Shown: piece by piece, positions 33,455-44,253 of the stretch | Layout: each line of letters starts with the position of its first letter | Position numbering within the stretch: position 1 is the first letter of the stretch | NCBI GenBank assembly: GCA_965223905.1 | Contig: CBDCXV010000010.1 | Coordinates: 32,001-96,000, forward strand | Source: Candidatus Latescibacterota bacterium | Lineage (GTDB): Bacteria > Latescibacterota > UBA2968 > UBA8231 | DNA: 64,000 nt | Direction: 5' to 3' | Position numbers and translations under genes: made by a program | Notes under the pieces: model-generated | Databases searched by the model: none | Told to the model about the DNA's origin: nothing | What the model saw: only the letters and a program-made list of their open reading frames with translations

Positions 33455-34525
33455 ACCTGTTCCTCGTGTGGATGCGTAGACCCTGCCGTACACACACCGA
33501 AGGGGGGTGGCTGTGTGCAGCCCCCCCTAAAGGAGAAGACCGATGATAGACCCAGAAATTGCCACTTCGATTGTCATCAATTCCGAACAAAACTTGTCGG
33601 AAAAAAGCATAGATGAAATTGCCATCCGCCAGGCTTCGGGATCAGGCAAGATCGCAACTTTATTCGTTTCAAGACCCGAAGGATGGCAATAAAGCGAAAC
33701 CTACCTGTCCATCCTAGGCAGACCTCAAAGCCTTGAAGGAATGGGTTGAAATCCGACAGATTGAAGTGACCCTACTTACCGTACCAAAACTCATCGAGGA
33801 GCTTGCGGAGCTTTTCGCTCGTCTCGGTAAAGACGTTCCCATTGAGGGAAGCGTCAGGCTGGGGACTCCGCGTTCTGCGGAATAGGTCTTCCTGCCAGCC
33901 CTCCCGCAGTCGGTTGCGGGGGCGCTGTTCGTTTGGGAAATCGGTTTCCATTCACACCCCACAGGGATTAAAACCAAAATTTAAGGCCGTTCCAAGTCTC
34001 CTACTCTCATCGGGATTTTCTGAAACCATGAGAAACGAAAAAAAACAACCGCTCGACTCACTGAGATAAAGGGACAGCCTATCCAAGCGCATACAGGCCC
34101 GCCTTAACGAAGCCGCCGCCGCATTATTGAGCCGGTAGCACCCTTCACACACACATTAGGACGAGGAGAAAGAAATGGCTAACCGAGAGAAAAACCACAC
34201 AGCTATCGGGAAACTCGTCGAGGACTACAAATCGGCACAACAACGGGTACTTGAATTGAAAAATAAAACGACGGAGGTTGCTGAGGAATTGTCCGAATCG
34301 CTCAGGGATTAAAGCGGGGAGTTACCGATAAGCGTATCCGGGGACGACGCCATAATAGTCAAGATTCCCGACCAGCCTTTATCCCGAATAACTTCCTATC
34401 CCTCACAGGAAGAACTGGTCCAGTTGATTCGTGAGAAGGCCGAGGCCCTTAAGACTCTCGAGGGCTTGCGTACAGAGTGGGACAAGGTAAAGCCGCCGGA
34501 ACTGTAAAACCGTTCGCATCGGGGC

Positions 34526-37476
34526 GTGTCCCGGATATGTGCGGGTGGGAGTGGACCTGAACGACGAAAGAGGGAAGAATTGCCCCGAACCAACGAAATC
34601 GCTTTCAACGTCAAGCTGTACGAGGTGCTTCTGACCAAGCATCCGCGCTGGCGCGATCTTGCCGGCGTGGAAGCAACAGGACATCTCCGCGGAAGGGCAG
34701 GGCAGCGTCCCGACTTAATCATCCGGACCCCGGGCGGGGTCCCGGTCGTTCTGGAGACGGAGTTTGTGCCGGCGCGCGGCGTCGAAATCGATGCTCAAGC
34801 TCGCCTGGGGCAAATCCTGCAAGCTACCGGCGACCCGATTGAACAGACCATCGCCGTCCAGATCCCGCCGAAGCTGCGCGAAGGTCAGAAGAACCTGGCA
34901 CAACGGATCGAGGATGCGAGTTTCCGCTTACTGCACCTACTCGGGTCCTGCAGCGGACGCGGCGGTCCGCTGGCCGGCCAAAGGCTGGCTGACCGGGAGC
35001 CCCGACGACCTGGCCGCCTGCATTGAAAACGTCTCCCTGTCCGAACGGCTGCTCGTCGAAGGCGCGAACATCCTGGAGGAAAGCATCGGCGCGGCCGCCG
35101 GAAAGCTGCGCGAATCGGCCGGTCCCCAAGTACTGGCGACGATGGCCGGGGAGCTGCACCAGGAGGACGGCGAGCAGACCTCGCGCATGGCCTGCGCCAT
35201 CATCGCCAACGCCTTGGTCTTTCACACCGCCATCGTCGATCCGCACGGCATCGAGACCATCGACGAGCTGCGCACGCAGCGCGGCCACCTCAGCAAGACC
35301 CGACTGCTGGCCTGCTGGAAGCGGATCCTCGAGATCAACTACTACCCGATCTTCCATATCGCTTCCGAGCTGCTCAAGCCCATTGCCAACGGCGCGGCAA
35401 ACGCGGTCCTCAACCGGCTTGCCGAGGCGGCCCACGCCTTGGCGGGTCTGGGCGCTACCACTCTGCACGACCTCTCCGGACGCATGTTTCAGCGGCTGAT
35501 CGCCGATCGGAAGTTCCTCGCCACGTTCTACACCCTGCCGACGTCGGCGGCCCTGCTGGCCGAATTGGCGGTTTCCCGTCTGGACGAGCGGACAGACTGG
35601 TCCGACCCGGACGCGCTCACCCGCCTCCGGATTGCCGACTTGGCCTGCGGCACCGGGGCCCTGCTCTCGGCCGCATACCGCGCCCTGGCGGCCCGCTATC
35701 GACGGACCGGCGGGGACGACCAGGAGCTGCACGCGGCGATGATGGAACAGACCCTCATCGCCGCCGATCATGCCGGCCGCGGCGCACCTTACCGCGTCCA
35801 TGCTGTCGAGCGCCCATCCGGGCACGACCTTTCTCGGTACCCGCGTTCACACCTTGCCTTATGGACAGCAGACCCAGGAAAAACGGCATACCATGGCCCT
35901 GGGCGCTCTCGACCTGATAGAGGTAGACGCGGCACCCTCTCTGTTTGGTACCGGCGTCCAGGTGGCGCACGGCGCCGGGGCGGACCGGAAAGGCAAGGGG
36001 AGCCTTGATATGACTCTGCCGTATGAAACAGCCGACCTGGTGATCATGAATCCCCCGTTCACGAGACCGACCAACCACGAAATTGCCGAGGTTCCCGTCC
36101 CGTCGTTTGCCGGGTTCCAGACCAGTGAAGATGAGCAAGAGAAAATGAGCCGCCGGTTGAAGGGGATCTGCGCCAAACTCAAGGCCGGGGGATCCCTGGC
36201 CGGCCACGGCAACGCCGGGCTGGCATCCAATTTCATCGATCTGGCCCACACCAAGGTCAAGCCGGGCGGCGTTGTGGCCCTGGTGTTGCCCGCCGCCGTG
36301 GTGAGCGGCGGTTCCTGGGAGGACGCTCGCAACCTGCTGGAAATTGAGTACGAGGACCTCACCGTATTGACGATCGCGACGCACGGCCAGACGGATCGGT
36401 CCTTTTCGGCCGACACCGGGATGGCCGAAGCCCTGGTAGTGGCCAGCAAGCGCCAACCGGGCAAACAGGGAAAGGGAGAAACCGCGCTGTTCGTCAATCT
36501 CTACCACCGGCCCCACAGCTTCGCGGAAGCCTTTGAGATGGCCCGGGCGGTACGGAAACTCGGGAAAAGGAATCGACAGGGACGGCTCAGCGTCGGGAAT
36601 CAGTCTATCGGAACGTACATCCGCGCCCCTCTGAATCAGGGGGGCTGCGCCTCTCTACGCGAAACCACCTTGGCGGCCGCCGCCATCGGATTGACGGAAG
36701 GAACGCTTTGGTTGCCCCAACGAGGTTACTCTGGGCAGTGTCCCACGACCCCCCTCGAGGAGCTGGGTCAGAGAGGTTTGGTCCATCGCGATATCTCCGG
36801 ATGGGACAGTAATGGAGATCCCCGAGGGCCGTTTGAGATCGTGTCCATTCAGGGGATACCGGAGTATCCGGCGTTATGGAACCACGACGCCGAGCGTGAA
36901 CGGGGCCTTGTCGTTCAGCCCGACAGCGAAGGCGAGGTGCGCCCCGGCTGCAAAGATCAAGCTGTTGAAGTGTGGGATGGGGCCTCGCGGCTGCACTTCA
37001 ATCTCGATTTCCGGATCAACTCCCAAAGCCTCGCCGCCTGTCTCACGCCGACCAAAACGATCGGGGGGCGGGCCTGGCCCAACTTCGTCCTTGAGCAGGA
37101 GGAATGGACGCTGCCCCTGGTCCTGTGGTCCAATACGACCTTGGGAATGTTTGCCTTCTGGTGGATTGGGGTGCGCCAGCAACAGGGCAGGGCGGTGCTC
37201 ACGATCACCCGGCTGCCCGCCCTGACGGTCCTGGATCCCCGCGCGCTTCGTCCGGAGCAACTCGCCACGGCCGAGGAGCTCTTCGAGCGGTTCAAAGGGG
37301 AGGAGTTCCTGCCGGCCAACGAGGCGTACCGGGACGAGGTTCGCCAAGCCCTCGACCGGGCCGTCCTGGTGGAGCTGCTTGAGCTGTCCGAAGACGTTCT
37401 CGGGCCGCTCGAAGTGTTGCGCAACCAGTGGTGCGCCGAGCCGAGCGTCCACGGGGGTAAGGGAACGCGGATTTGA
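34526..37476 (+). CDS. Type IIG-like fused restriction endonuclease / N6-adenine methyltransferase, two frameshifts (~34925, ~35770)
   Basis: N-terminal RPDLII..VVLETEF (PD-(D/E)xK-like), FYTLP, IADLACGTGALL (motif I), DLVIMNPPF (motif IV), long C-terminal TRD-like region. Confidence 0.85.
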
Positions 37477-37629
37477 GCCTGAAAAAGGGGAGGCCAAATG
37501 ACATTCAGCTGGAAAACCGGCTCATGCCGTGCAGACCGCCATCGGCCAGACGCTGCGAGCGGCGGCGCTGCAGGCGGAAGCAGGCCGCGAATCGGGCCGC
37601 GGGCGAAATCTCGCTGTCGAGTTGTTGCA

Positions 37630-37948
37630 GAAGCGAAAAGCCAGTGCCCGCGGCGAGGACCTCGGCCTTTCGGAAGACGAGCTGGCTTTCTACGACGCGC
37701 TCGGCGTCAACGAAAGCGCGGTGCAAGTACTCGGGGACGAGACCCTGCGCACCATCGCCCGCGAACTGGTCGTAACCGTTCAGAACAATGTGACCATCGA
37801 CTGGACGCTCCGCGAGAACGTGCGCGCCAATATGCGCCGGCTAGTGAGGCGAATCTTGCGGAAGCACGACTACCCGCCCGACAAGCAAAAAAAGGCGGTC
37901 CAAACCGTATTGGAACAGGCCGAGGTGCTGTCCGCGGATTGGACCTAA
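37630..37948 (+). pseudogene. hsdR: C-terminal fragment (DUF3387-like) of a type I restriction enzyme R subunit
   Basis: [59 protein letters not shown]. Confidence 0.8.
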
Positions 37949-38113
37949 GTGGTGGTGCATGAGCCGTAATTCCCTGGAAATCTGAAGCAAGGCAATCTGG
38001 TCCCGCACCTTCGGGTTTTTTGCGTCCAGTGTGTAATAGAACCTTCGTCGTCACCGACATCATTTTCCTGCAAGAAAGGGTACGGCCCCGAGGTCGCCGC
38101 GCCGGCGTTCCGC

Positions 38114-39577
38114 GGCTATATACGGGTTTTTCAACGTGGTATTTATAGCGTTTCCCCAATGAGATTTTTAGGGTTTCATACTGTACGGAATCGGGTCGGG
38201 ATCTGCGCAGGGATATCGAGGTCTCCGACGCACAGGTAAATCAGGTCGGCAAAGGCATCCAGAGTTTTAAATCCACTGGCTCGATTCTTGACCATGCGGA
38301 TAATGCGATTGAGCCCTTCGGCGGCGGCGTTGGTCAGGTGCGTGTCGACGAAGGCGGTGATGCCGGCCGCCTGCTTGCGCACCGTGTTGACGAACTTGCG
38401 CAGGGGCTGCAGGCGGCTGCGCAGGGCCGCCGTCGTCCACTTCTTGAGGAAGCGTTCGGCGGCCCAGCGCGCCTTGTAGCGCCAGAAGTGCTCGAACTCG
38501 TCCTTCAGGCGCCAGGCGCGGTAGATGCGGCGGTTGGCCTTCTCCAGGGTTTGGAGCGTGCGCCGGTCCTTTGGCGAGCGCCGGGCGGAGTGATGCAGCA
38601 GCACCCAGCGCAGGCCCTTGAGCAGCTTGCGGTCCTCGCCGCAGGCTTGCCGCCACTGCTCCTTGCGCACCTCGTCGACGGCTTCGTTGAGGGCCTTGAC
38701 GACGTGGAATCGGTCCAGGACCAACTCGGCGTTGGGACCATGCTGCCGGATGGCGCCGATGAAGGTCTCGCTCAGGTCGCAGCAGGCCCAGCGGATGCGG
38801 TCCTTCCGGAAGGCGCTGAGATGGTCCCGGAAAAACGCGTCGATGGTCTTCCGTGCCTTGCCCTTGCCGATCCAGACGACACGGGAACGTTCCAGGTCGT
38901 AGACCAGGGTAGCGTATTTATGGCCCTTGGCGTAGGAGATCTCGTCGATGCCGAGGGTCTTCAGCCGGCGGATGCGGTGCCCCGTACGCCGGCGCTCGAT
39001 GAGCCGGTGCAGCTGGTCGGACAGGGTCGACGGGGCCAGACCCAGCAGGCGCGCGGCGGCGGCCTGCGTCATCCACTGGCAGTACCTCAGCAGCAGGTAT
39101 TCGAAGCGGTAGCTGACCTGGGCCGAGCGCGCCGCCCAGGGCACCTCCTCGACGCGACGGCCGTGGGTCGGGCAGCGGATCTCCCGAGGGGCGTGGTGCA
39201 ACCAGAGGGTACGGCCGCAAACGCGGACGTCGCGCCAGCGGCGGAACTCCATGACCTGTACGATCTTGCCGCGGCGCCCACACTCGGGACACCGGCACCC
39301 GTTCCTTTGGGGCTTCACCGCGACCACGACGGCCGCTTCTTCCCCGTGTCCTTCGAACCACACGCCCACCGCGCGAAATCCCTTGAATTGGAACAGCTTG
39401 GAGACGAACTTCATAGCGGTCATAGGTCGCCTTCCCTTCCCTTTCTTGGGGAGTGCTTGATGGGGATACACCAAGCATAGGGAACGACCTATGGCCTTGT
39501 CATGTACTCAGATGGACAGCAAGGGCTCAGGTACTTTCCGTACTTACGTTTCGGCGTTGAAAAACCCGGATAGACCC
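38114..39577 (-). mobile_element. Complete ISL3-family insertion sequence
   Basis: 23-bp imperfect IRs (GGCTATATACGGGTTTTTCAACG / CGTTGAAAAACCCGGATAGACCC); 8-bp TSD CGTTCCGC on both sides. Confidence 0.93.
38176..39474 (-). CDS. ISL3-family transposase
   Basis: CPECG zinc finger, LGIDE, CCDL, LDRFHVVK, TNAAAEGLN. Confidence 0.93.
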   Translation of the reverse strand: MVYPHQALPKKGKGRRPMTAMKFVSKLFQFKGFRAVGVWFEGHGEEAAVVVAVKPQRNGCRCPECGRRGKIVQVMEFRRWRDVRVCGRTLWLHHAPREIRCPTHGRRVEEVPWAARSAQVSYRFEYLLLRYCQWMTQAAAARLLGLAPSTLSDQLHRLIERRRTGHRIRRLKTLGIDEISYAKGHKYATLVYDLERSRVVWIGKGKARKTIDAFFRDHLSAFRKDRIRWACCDLSETFIGAIRQHGPNAELVLDRFHVVKALNEAVDEVRKEQWRQACGEDRKLLKGLRWVLLHHSARRSPKDRRTLQTLEKANRRIYRAWRLKDEFEHFWRYKARWAAERFLKKWTTAALRSRLQPLRKFVNTVRKQAAGITAFVDTHLTNAAAEGLNRIIRMVKNRASGFKTLDAFADLIYLCVGDLDIPAQIPTRFRTV

Positions 39578-39928
39578 CGTTCCGCGAGATCGTCGACGTC
39601 GACGGGGTACCGGTAAACGAGTACTACGCCGAGCGTCCGTCCATGATGCTAGGCAACCCCACGTCTCGGCCTGAGAGGAAGGAGACCTCATTTGAAAGCG
39701 TGCTTCCCGGTGTTCATCATCATTGTCCTGTTCTGGCCGAAGTTCAGTATATCCGGGAAGGAGGACATTTCGGTCGTAGAGGCCATGGTGGACGATATGT
39801 CCGAAAAAAACTATGTCTGGAGCGACACTACCGACGCGGATGTAAGAGCAGAGCTGACTATTACGACCCGGCGAAGGACCGCCGCGGGGTCGGACGGGAG
39901 AGACGGGAGAGCGGATTGTTGCGTCGAT

Positions 39929-40309
39929 ATGACTCCTGAAATGATTGCCATTGTTAGTGTAGGGGTTGTTGCGCTGCTAGCCCTGGTGTTTTTGCTGTGG
40001 CACCTGAGCAGACGCATCGACAGGCTTTTGGACGGCATGAAGAGCAACAAGCTCGAAGTCGTCAAAGAAGGCTTACGGCACGCGCAGAAGGCTCAGGAGA
40101 AGGCCAGTGAGATCCAGGCACCCTCTGACGACTGCGGCGAACCGTCAGTGGACGTTTTCGCCGCCCACGCCATGCAGGGCCTGCTCAGCCACGGGGTAAT
40201 CCCCTACGAAAAGGTGGCTGAACTGTCCTACAACATCGCCATCATCATGAGAGCCGAGGGGAAAATCCGCAAGGGAGCATCAGGGGATGAAATAAATGGA
40301 TTTGGTTGA
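39929..40309 (+). CDS. Hypothetical protein with an N-terminal transmembrane helix
   Basis: MTPEMIAIVSVGVVALLALVFLLW...; C-terminal DVFAAHAMQGLL. Confidence 0.55.
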   Translation: MTPEMIAIVSVGVVALLALVFLLWHLSRRIDRLLDGMKSNKLEVVKEGLRHAQKAQEKASEIQAPSDDCGEPSVDVFAAHAMQGLLSHGVIPYEKVAELSYNIAIIMRAEGKIRKGASGDEINGFG

Positions 40310-40324
40310 CGAGCGGGGAATCTT

Positions 40325-41659
40325 TTAGGACCTGACCGTCGGGAAAAGCCCGCCTTCCAGTAACGCAGTGACAATTTTCTGGTTGTCTTCTACATGCTCA
40401 TTGTGATCCGCCTCCTGCACTGGATCCCATCCGGAATGCCAGTCCTCCACACCTGGATCGGCTCCAGTCTTCAAAAGCAACTCGACGACTAGTAGAGTGT
40501 CTTCGACCGGTGACGTGGAAGCGGCCGCATAGTGCAGGGGAGTCTTCCCCCATTCGTCCTGTGCATTGGGATCAGCTCCCCCGTTCAGAAGCGCAGCAAC
40601 GACAGCCAGGTCGGTTCTTTCCTGTACTGCAGCGTGCAGCAAAGATCCGTCGGAGCGGAAATAGGAATTTGGATTGGCCCCGGCATTCAGAAGCACCGTG
40701 ATGGCAGCCAGGTTTTTTCTGCTTACCGCAAGAGACAGAGGAGTTTCGCCGGAGCCCCGCGCATCTGGATCGGCTCCCGCGGCCAAGAGGGTCATGAGGA
40801 CGGGAAGGGCTACGTTGGCCGAATCGACCGCTATCTGTAGGGAAGTTTTCCCCGAACGGTAGTTTTCATCCGGATCGGCTCCCGCTTTCAGGAGCGCGTC
40901 GATGGCAGCCAAGTCGTTTTCGTAGACCACCTGATGCAGGGGAGGGGCATCCCCCGGGCACAGATGACCGTATACCAGCGCTATCGCCTGTTCATGGGTC
41001 CTTCCGGATCGTTCCCGAAGCTGTTCGTACAACTCCACCGCCTGTCTCGCTTCCTTCCTCGCGTCATTCCTTCTCCGGCTCCGCGCCCGTTCGTCCAGCG
41101 GGTCCCATTTTTGGTCCCGTTGCTGTTCCAACCACCGCACTTTCGCCCGGACCAGAACCTCGGCGAAACAATCCCGAAGGTTGTCGTCTGAGAGAAGACT
41201 GTCTCGGTCGTACGGGATCGGGTCCGCCCCCCCCTCCAGCAAGGCATCAACGATCTCCCAACCCCCATCGGCCCAACGGGCTGCCTCCAACGCCGACTCC
41301 AAAGGAGTCCACCTTTCTCCTGTAACTCCTCCATCATCCACTGTCGGGCTGCCCCCCTCAGTTGCGTCTTCGCTTCCTTCTCCGTCTGGCTCGTCGGTGC
41401 CGGCATCTTGCTCCCTCTGCTTTCTTATCTCCTCACGAGCGAAACGCCGAATCATGCGCCGCACCGGTTTAGGGTCCCACCCGGCCTGATCGACCAGGGC
41501 ATCGGCCATGAGGTTCACGAACTCGCCGAGGCTCGCCCCGGCTGCTTTGGTGTCCGCCCATGCCTGCTGGAAGTAGGGCAGGGCGTTGTTGTAGGCGTCC
41601 TCATCGAACGGGAGAGTGCCCGTAGTGAGTTGGCTCGGATCCGGCTTGGACGCAGCCAC
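40325..41659 (-). CDS. Ankyrin-repeat protein
   Basis: Multiple G.TPLH.A...LL..GADPN repeats. Confidence 0.88.
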   Translation of the reverse strand: MAASKPDPSQLTTGTLPFDEDAYNNALPYFQQAWADTKAAGASLGEFVNLMADALVDQAGWDPKPVRRMIRRFAREEIRKQREQDAGTDEPDGEGSEDATEGGSPTVDDGGVTGERWTPLESALEAARWADGGWEIVDALLEGGADPIPYDRDSLLSDDNLRDCFAEVLVRAKVRWLEQQRDQKWDPLDERARSRRRNDARKEARQAVELYEQLRERSGRTHEQAIALVYGHLCPGDAPPLHQVVYENDLAAIDALLKAGADPDENYRSGKTSLQIAVDSANVALPVLMTLLAAGADPDARGSGETPLSLAVSRKNLAAITVLLNAGANPNSYFRSDGSLLHAAVQERTDLAVVAALLNGGADPNAQDEWGKTPLHYAAASTSPVEDTLLVVELLLKTGADPGVEDWHSGWDPVQEADHNEHVEDNQKIVTALLEGGLFPTVRS

Positions 41660-42094
41660 GGCCCGGACTCCGGGAAAATGGGTGTCTCGATCGGATTATC
41701 GGGTATTTCTTCCTCCTGGCGGGACCGCTCAACCGTCCACACGGCCCCGGGAGGAGGGACGTGAAAAAGGCGGACGCACGCGGAGAAAGGACCGGAGAAC
41801 CGGCTTCGTTCAGCTTTTCAGCGGATTCAGCGGGTGATGCGAAAGAGGGGGTGCGAGAGCACAGCGCATGAGTCGTCCTCCTGAAGGATGAGAGGAAACC
41901 CGGCTGTTTTAGGGTTGCCGGGCCCTGTCACCATCATCAACGGAAACGACGTGGCTCCGCCTATTCGCCAAGCATCGGGGAGCTACCCCTATGCCGGGAA
42001 TTCCTGGCTGTTGTATTCAGCGAAAAACCCGGCACATCGGGTTTTCCGTTGATGAAGTGACACACCAATTCTAATCGGGTGGCTATTAGGATGC

Positions 42095-42240
42095 AAAGGT
42101 CCTGGATGGTGATGGCCCTCAGGGTTTGCCGAAAACCATCCTTGATGGACGTCATGGTTTCGTGCCCCAGGACCGATTCACGCCAGTGACTGTCGTCCCC
42201 CTGGTTTGGTGGCAGGCCAGCACCTGGGGGGAAGTACGAG
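42095..42240 (-). pseudogene. C-terminal fragment of a second M8-like metallopeptidase
   Basis: DDSHWRESVLGHETMT...LRAITIQDL, homologous to the 24.8-kb gene. Confidence 0.65.
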
Positions 42241-42244
42241 ATCC

Positions 42245-43434
42245 AGCCAACAGGGGTGATATGTTGGCCCCCTGGGGCGTCCCTGCCTCTACGTCGATCC
42301 GCCTGCCCTCTTCCAGGACCCCCGCGTTGAGCCACTTCCTGAGGTGGCGTACCACGCGTCGGTCCCGCACACGGTGCTCGACGAACCTCTCCAGCCATTC
42401 GTGGTCGATGGTGTCGAAGAACCCACGGATGTCCGCGTCGAGTGCCCAGTTCACTTTGCGGTGTCGAATCCCCACCGCCAACGCATCCAGCGCCCTGTGC
42501 GGGGCTGCGCCCCGGTCGAAAGCCATACGAGAATCCCAGGAAATCGACTTCGTAGAACCGCGTTGAGCACCTCCACGGTTGCCTTCTGGACGATCTTGTC
42601 CTCCAGCGCCGCAAGGCCCTGCGGTCTCCTGCCTCCGTCGGCTTTCGGGAGGTAGGTCCGGTTGACCGGTTTGGCTCGATACGCGCCGCGCTTGAGCCGG
42701 GCCGAAAGGTCTTCAAGTCTGCTTCCAACCCCTGCCCGTACTCGCTCCACGTCATGCGATCAACCCCCGGTGCGGCCTCCCGCTTGAGGCCGAGGTAGGA
42801 CCTCCCGGAGGCGGTCGACGGCGTAGACGTGGTGCCACAGCGTCGTGAACGGCAGCGCCCTGTCTCGAACCGCTGCTTGCCGTACGCGTTCGAGCGCCTG
42901 GTTGCAGGCCGGTCCGAATCTGCGCCCGGGACCTGGGGTGCTCGCGCGCGTTCGCCTTGGCCAGCCCCCTTCCCTCCCCCCGCTCCGCCGGCGGCGCAGC
43001 GGGCCGACCGCCCTTGTTCGCGGGGTTCCCTGGGTTGTATGGGGCGGTCCGACTTCCGGCGGTCGTGCGTCATCGGCGTATCCCACATGGGTTCCCGATG
43101 CGGACCCGGGGACCATCCCCCCGGGCCAACCGCCGGACCTCCCGGTTCCCGTACGAGGTGCCTGGGCGCATGCACCGGGTCTCTGACCGCGCCGGGTCCG
43201 GTGGACTGGCGATATCGCGCCCCCCGATGTGGCCCTCCCTCGTCTCCTAGCGGGTCGGCACCCGAAAGTTGTTCATTTCTTTCGCGGCTCAATACCGGAC
43301 CTACGCCTCCCCCTGCCAACGCTTCGCCTGCGCCGTTACCGGCGCACACGCATGACTCGAGGCTGTCGTGGTTCGCTACACCTTCAACACAGAGGACTTT
43401 CACCTCTTACACCTCGCCGGTGTGACCGGCGCAC
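42245..43434 (-). mobile_element. ltrA: 5' part of a group II intron with a frameshifted, truncated reverse transcriptase/maturase
   Basis: 5' GTGCG at 43434; AAPGVD, FLGFSYGFRPGRS, LDADIRGFFDTIDHEWL, GTPQGANISPLLA; breaks off before YADD, and domains V/VI are absent. Confidence 0.88.
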
Positions 43435-43499
43435 AGGAGTCGAAGCATGGTCCGGATTTTTCTCCTGGAAAAACGCATCGACCGCCTTTTACCGGCGGG

Positions 43500-43615
43500 G
43501 GCGCCGAAAAACGCAACCTAGTGCACGTCAAGGACGACCAGACGAAAGCCGGCGTATTCGAAGGGGCGATCCCGTTCGATCTGCGCCAAACCCTGATGGA
43601 AGATTGGGAGACTTT
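43500..43615 (+). pseudogene. Degenerate 3' end of a P4-type integrase upstream of alpA
   Basis: AEKRNLVHVKDDQTKAG...FDLRQTLMEDWE aligns with ELALAHVNDDRTEAAY..FDLRRKLMEDWE of the 63-kb integrase. Confidence 0.55.
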
Positions 43616-43654
43616 AGGTTTCAAAAGGGATTTTTATGTTTCATATAATTCCAT

Positions 43655-43975
43655 AGTGGAATCAGTGCCAAAACTCGGATGTCACATGTCAGATGCTAAG
43701 TGCTTGCTATATAATAATTAATAATTAATAACCTGCAATAACTTTGATGTATCCCTCCCATAAAGACGTTTTTCGGAATGTCTTCCCAAGTGGAATCAGT
43801 GCCAAGACTGTCGGATGTCACATGTCAGATGCTAAGTGCTTGCTATATACTAGCAAGCAATAACTTTGGGTGTATACCTCCCAAAAAAAATTTAAATTCG
43901 TTCTTGACACCAGCGAGGCCACGTTTACCTTCGTTTGCAGAAGTTGTAAAGGCGTTTTTCGGAATGCCTTCCCAT
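43655..43975. repeat. Imperfect tandem duplication (~134-bp unit) in the AT-rich region upstream of alpA
   Basis: AGTGGAATCAGTGCCAA..CGGATGTCACATGTCAGATGCTAAGTGCTTGCTATATA at 43655 and 43789; CGTTTTTCGGAATG(T/C)CTTCCCA occurs twice. Confidence 0.85.
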
Positions 43976-44052
43976 TTCCAACCCCATTTCTAATTCACTG
44001 TCACAAGCAAGGGATATATGTTCCCACGCCAATAAAGAGCAAGGAAGAGGTT

Positions 44053-44253
44053 ATGGATGAAGCCAGAATTTTTCGTCTTCCGGAAGTTCTCGAGCGAACC
44101 GGTCTCTGCCGCACGACGATCTGGCGGAAGGTCAAGGCGGGCACCTTCCCCCCACCGGTGAAGCTGGGAGCGCGCGCCGTCGGCTGGCGATATTCGGATA
44201 TCAAGCAGTGGCTCGAAAACCTGCCCGAGGCGTGCCCCGCACCGACGACATAG
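44053..44253 (+). CDS. alpA: AlpA-family regulator/excisionase
   Basis: RLPEVLERTGLCRTTIWRKVKAGTFPPPVKLGARAVGW. Confidence 0.93.
   Translation: MDEARIFRLPEVLERTGLCRTTIWRKVKAGTFPPPVKLGARAVGWRYSDIKQWLENLPEACPAPTT

Larger units (their letters stand above)
38048..39660 (+). pseudogene. Small remnant of a DarB-like methylase/helicase gene interrupted by the ISL3
   Basis: Flanks read VVTDIIFLQ (left of the IS) and FREIVDVDGVPVNEYYAERPSMMLG (right). Confidence 0.45.

Noticed and set aside
33543-34510. Short broken ORFs upstream of the R-M gene
   Set aside because: Interrupted by stops and frameshifts, with no recognisable motif.
42245-43434. RT as a retron, DGR or CRISPR-associated RT, or as mobiliser of the ribozyme units
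   Set aside because: It has a group II intron 5' end (GTGCG) and intron-type RT motifs, is frameshifted and lacks YADD, so it is a non-functional intron remnant.
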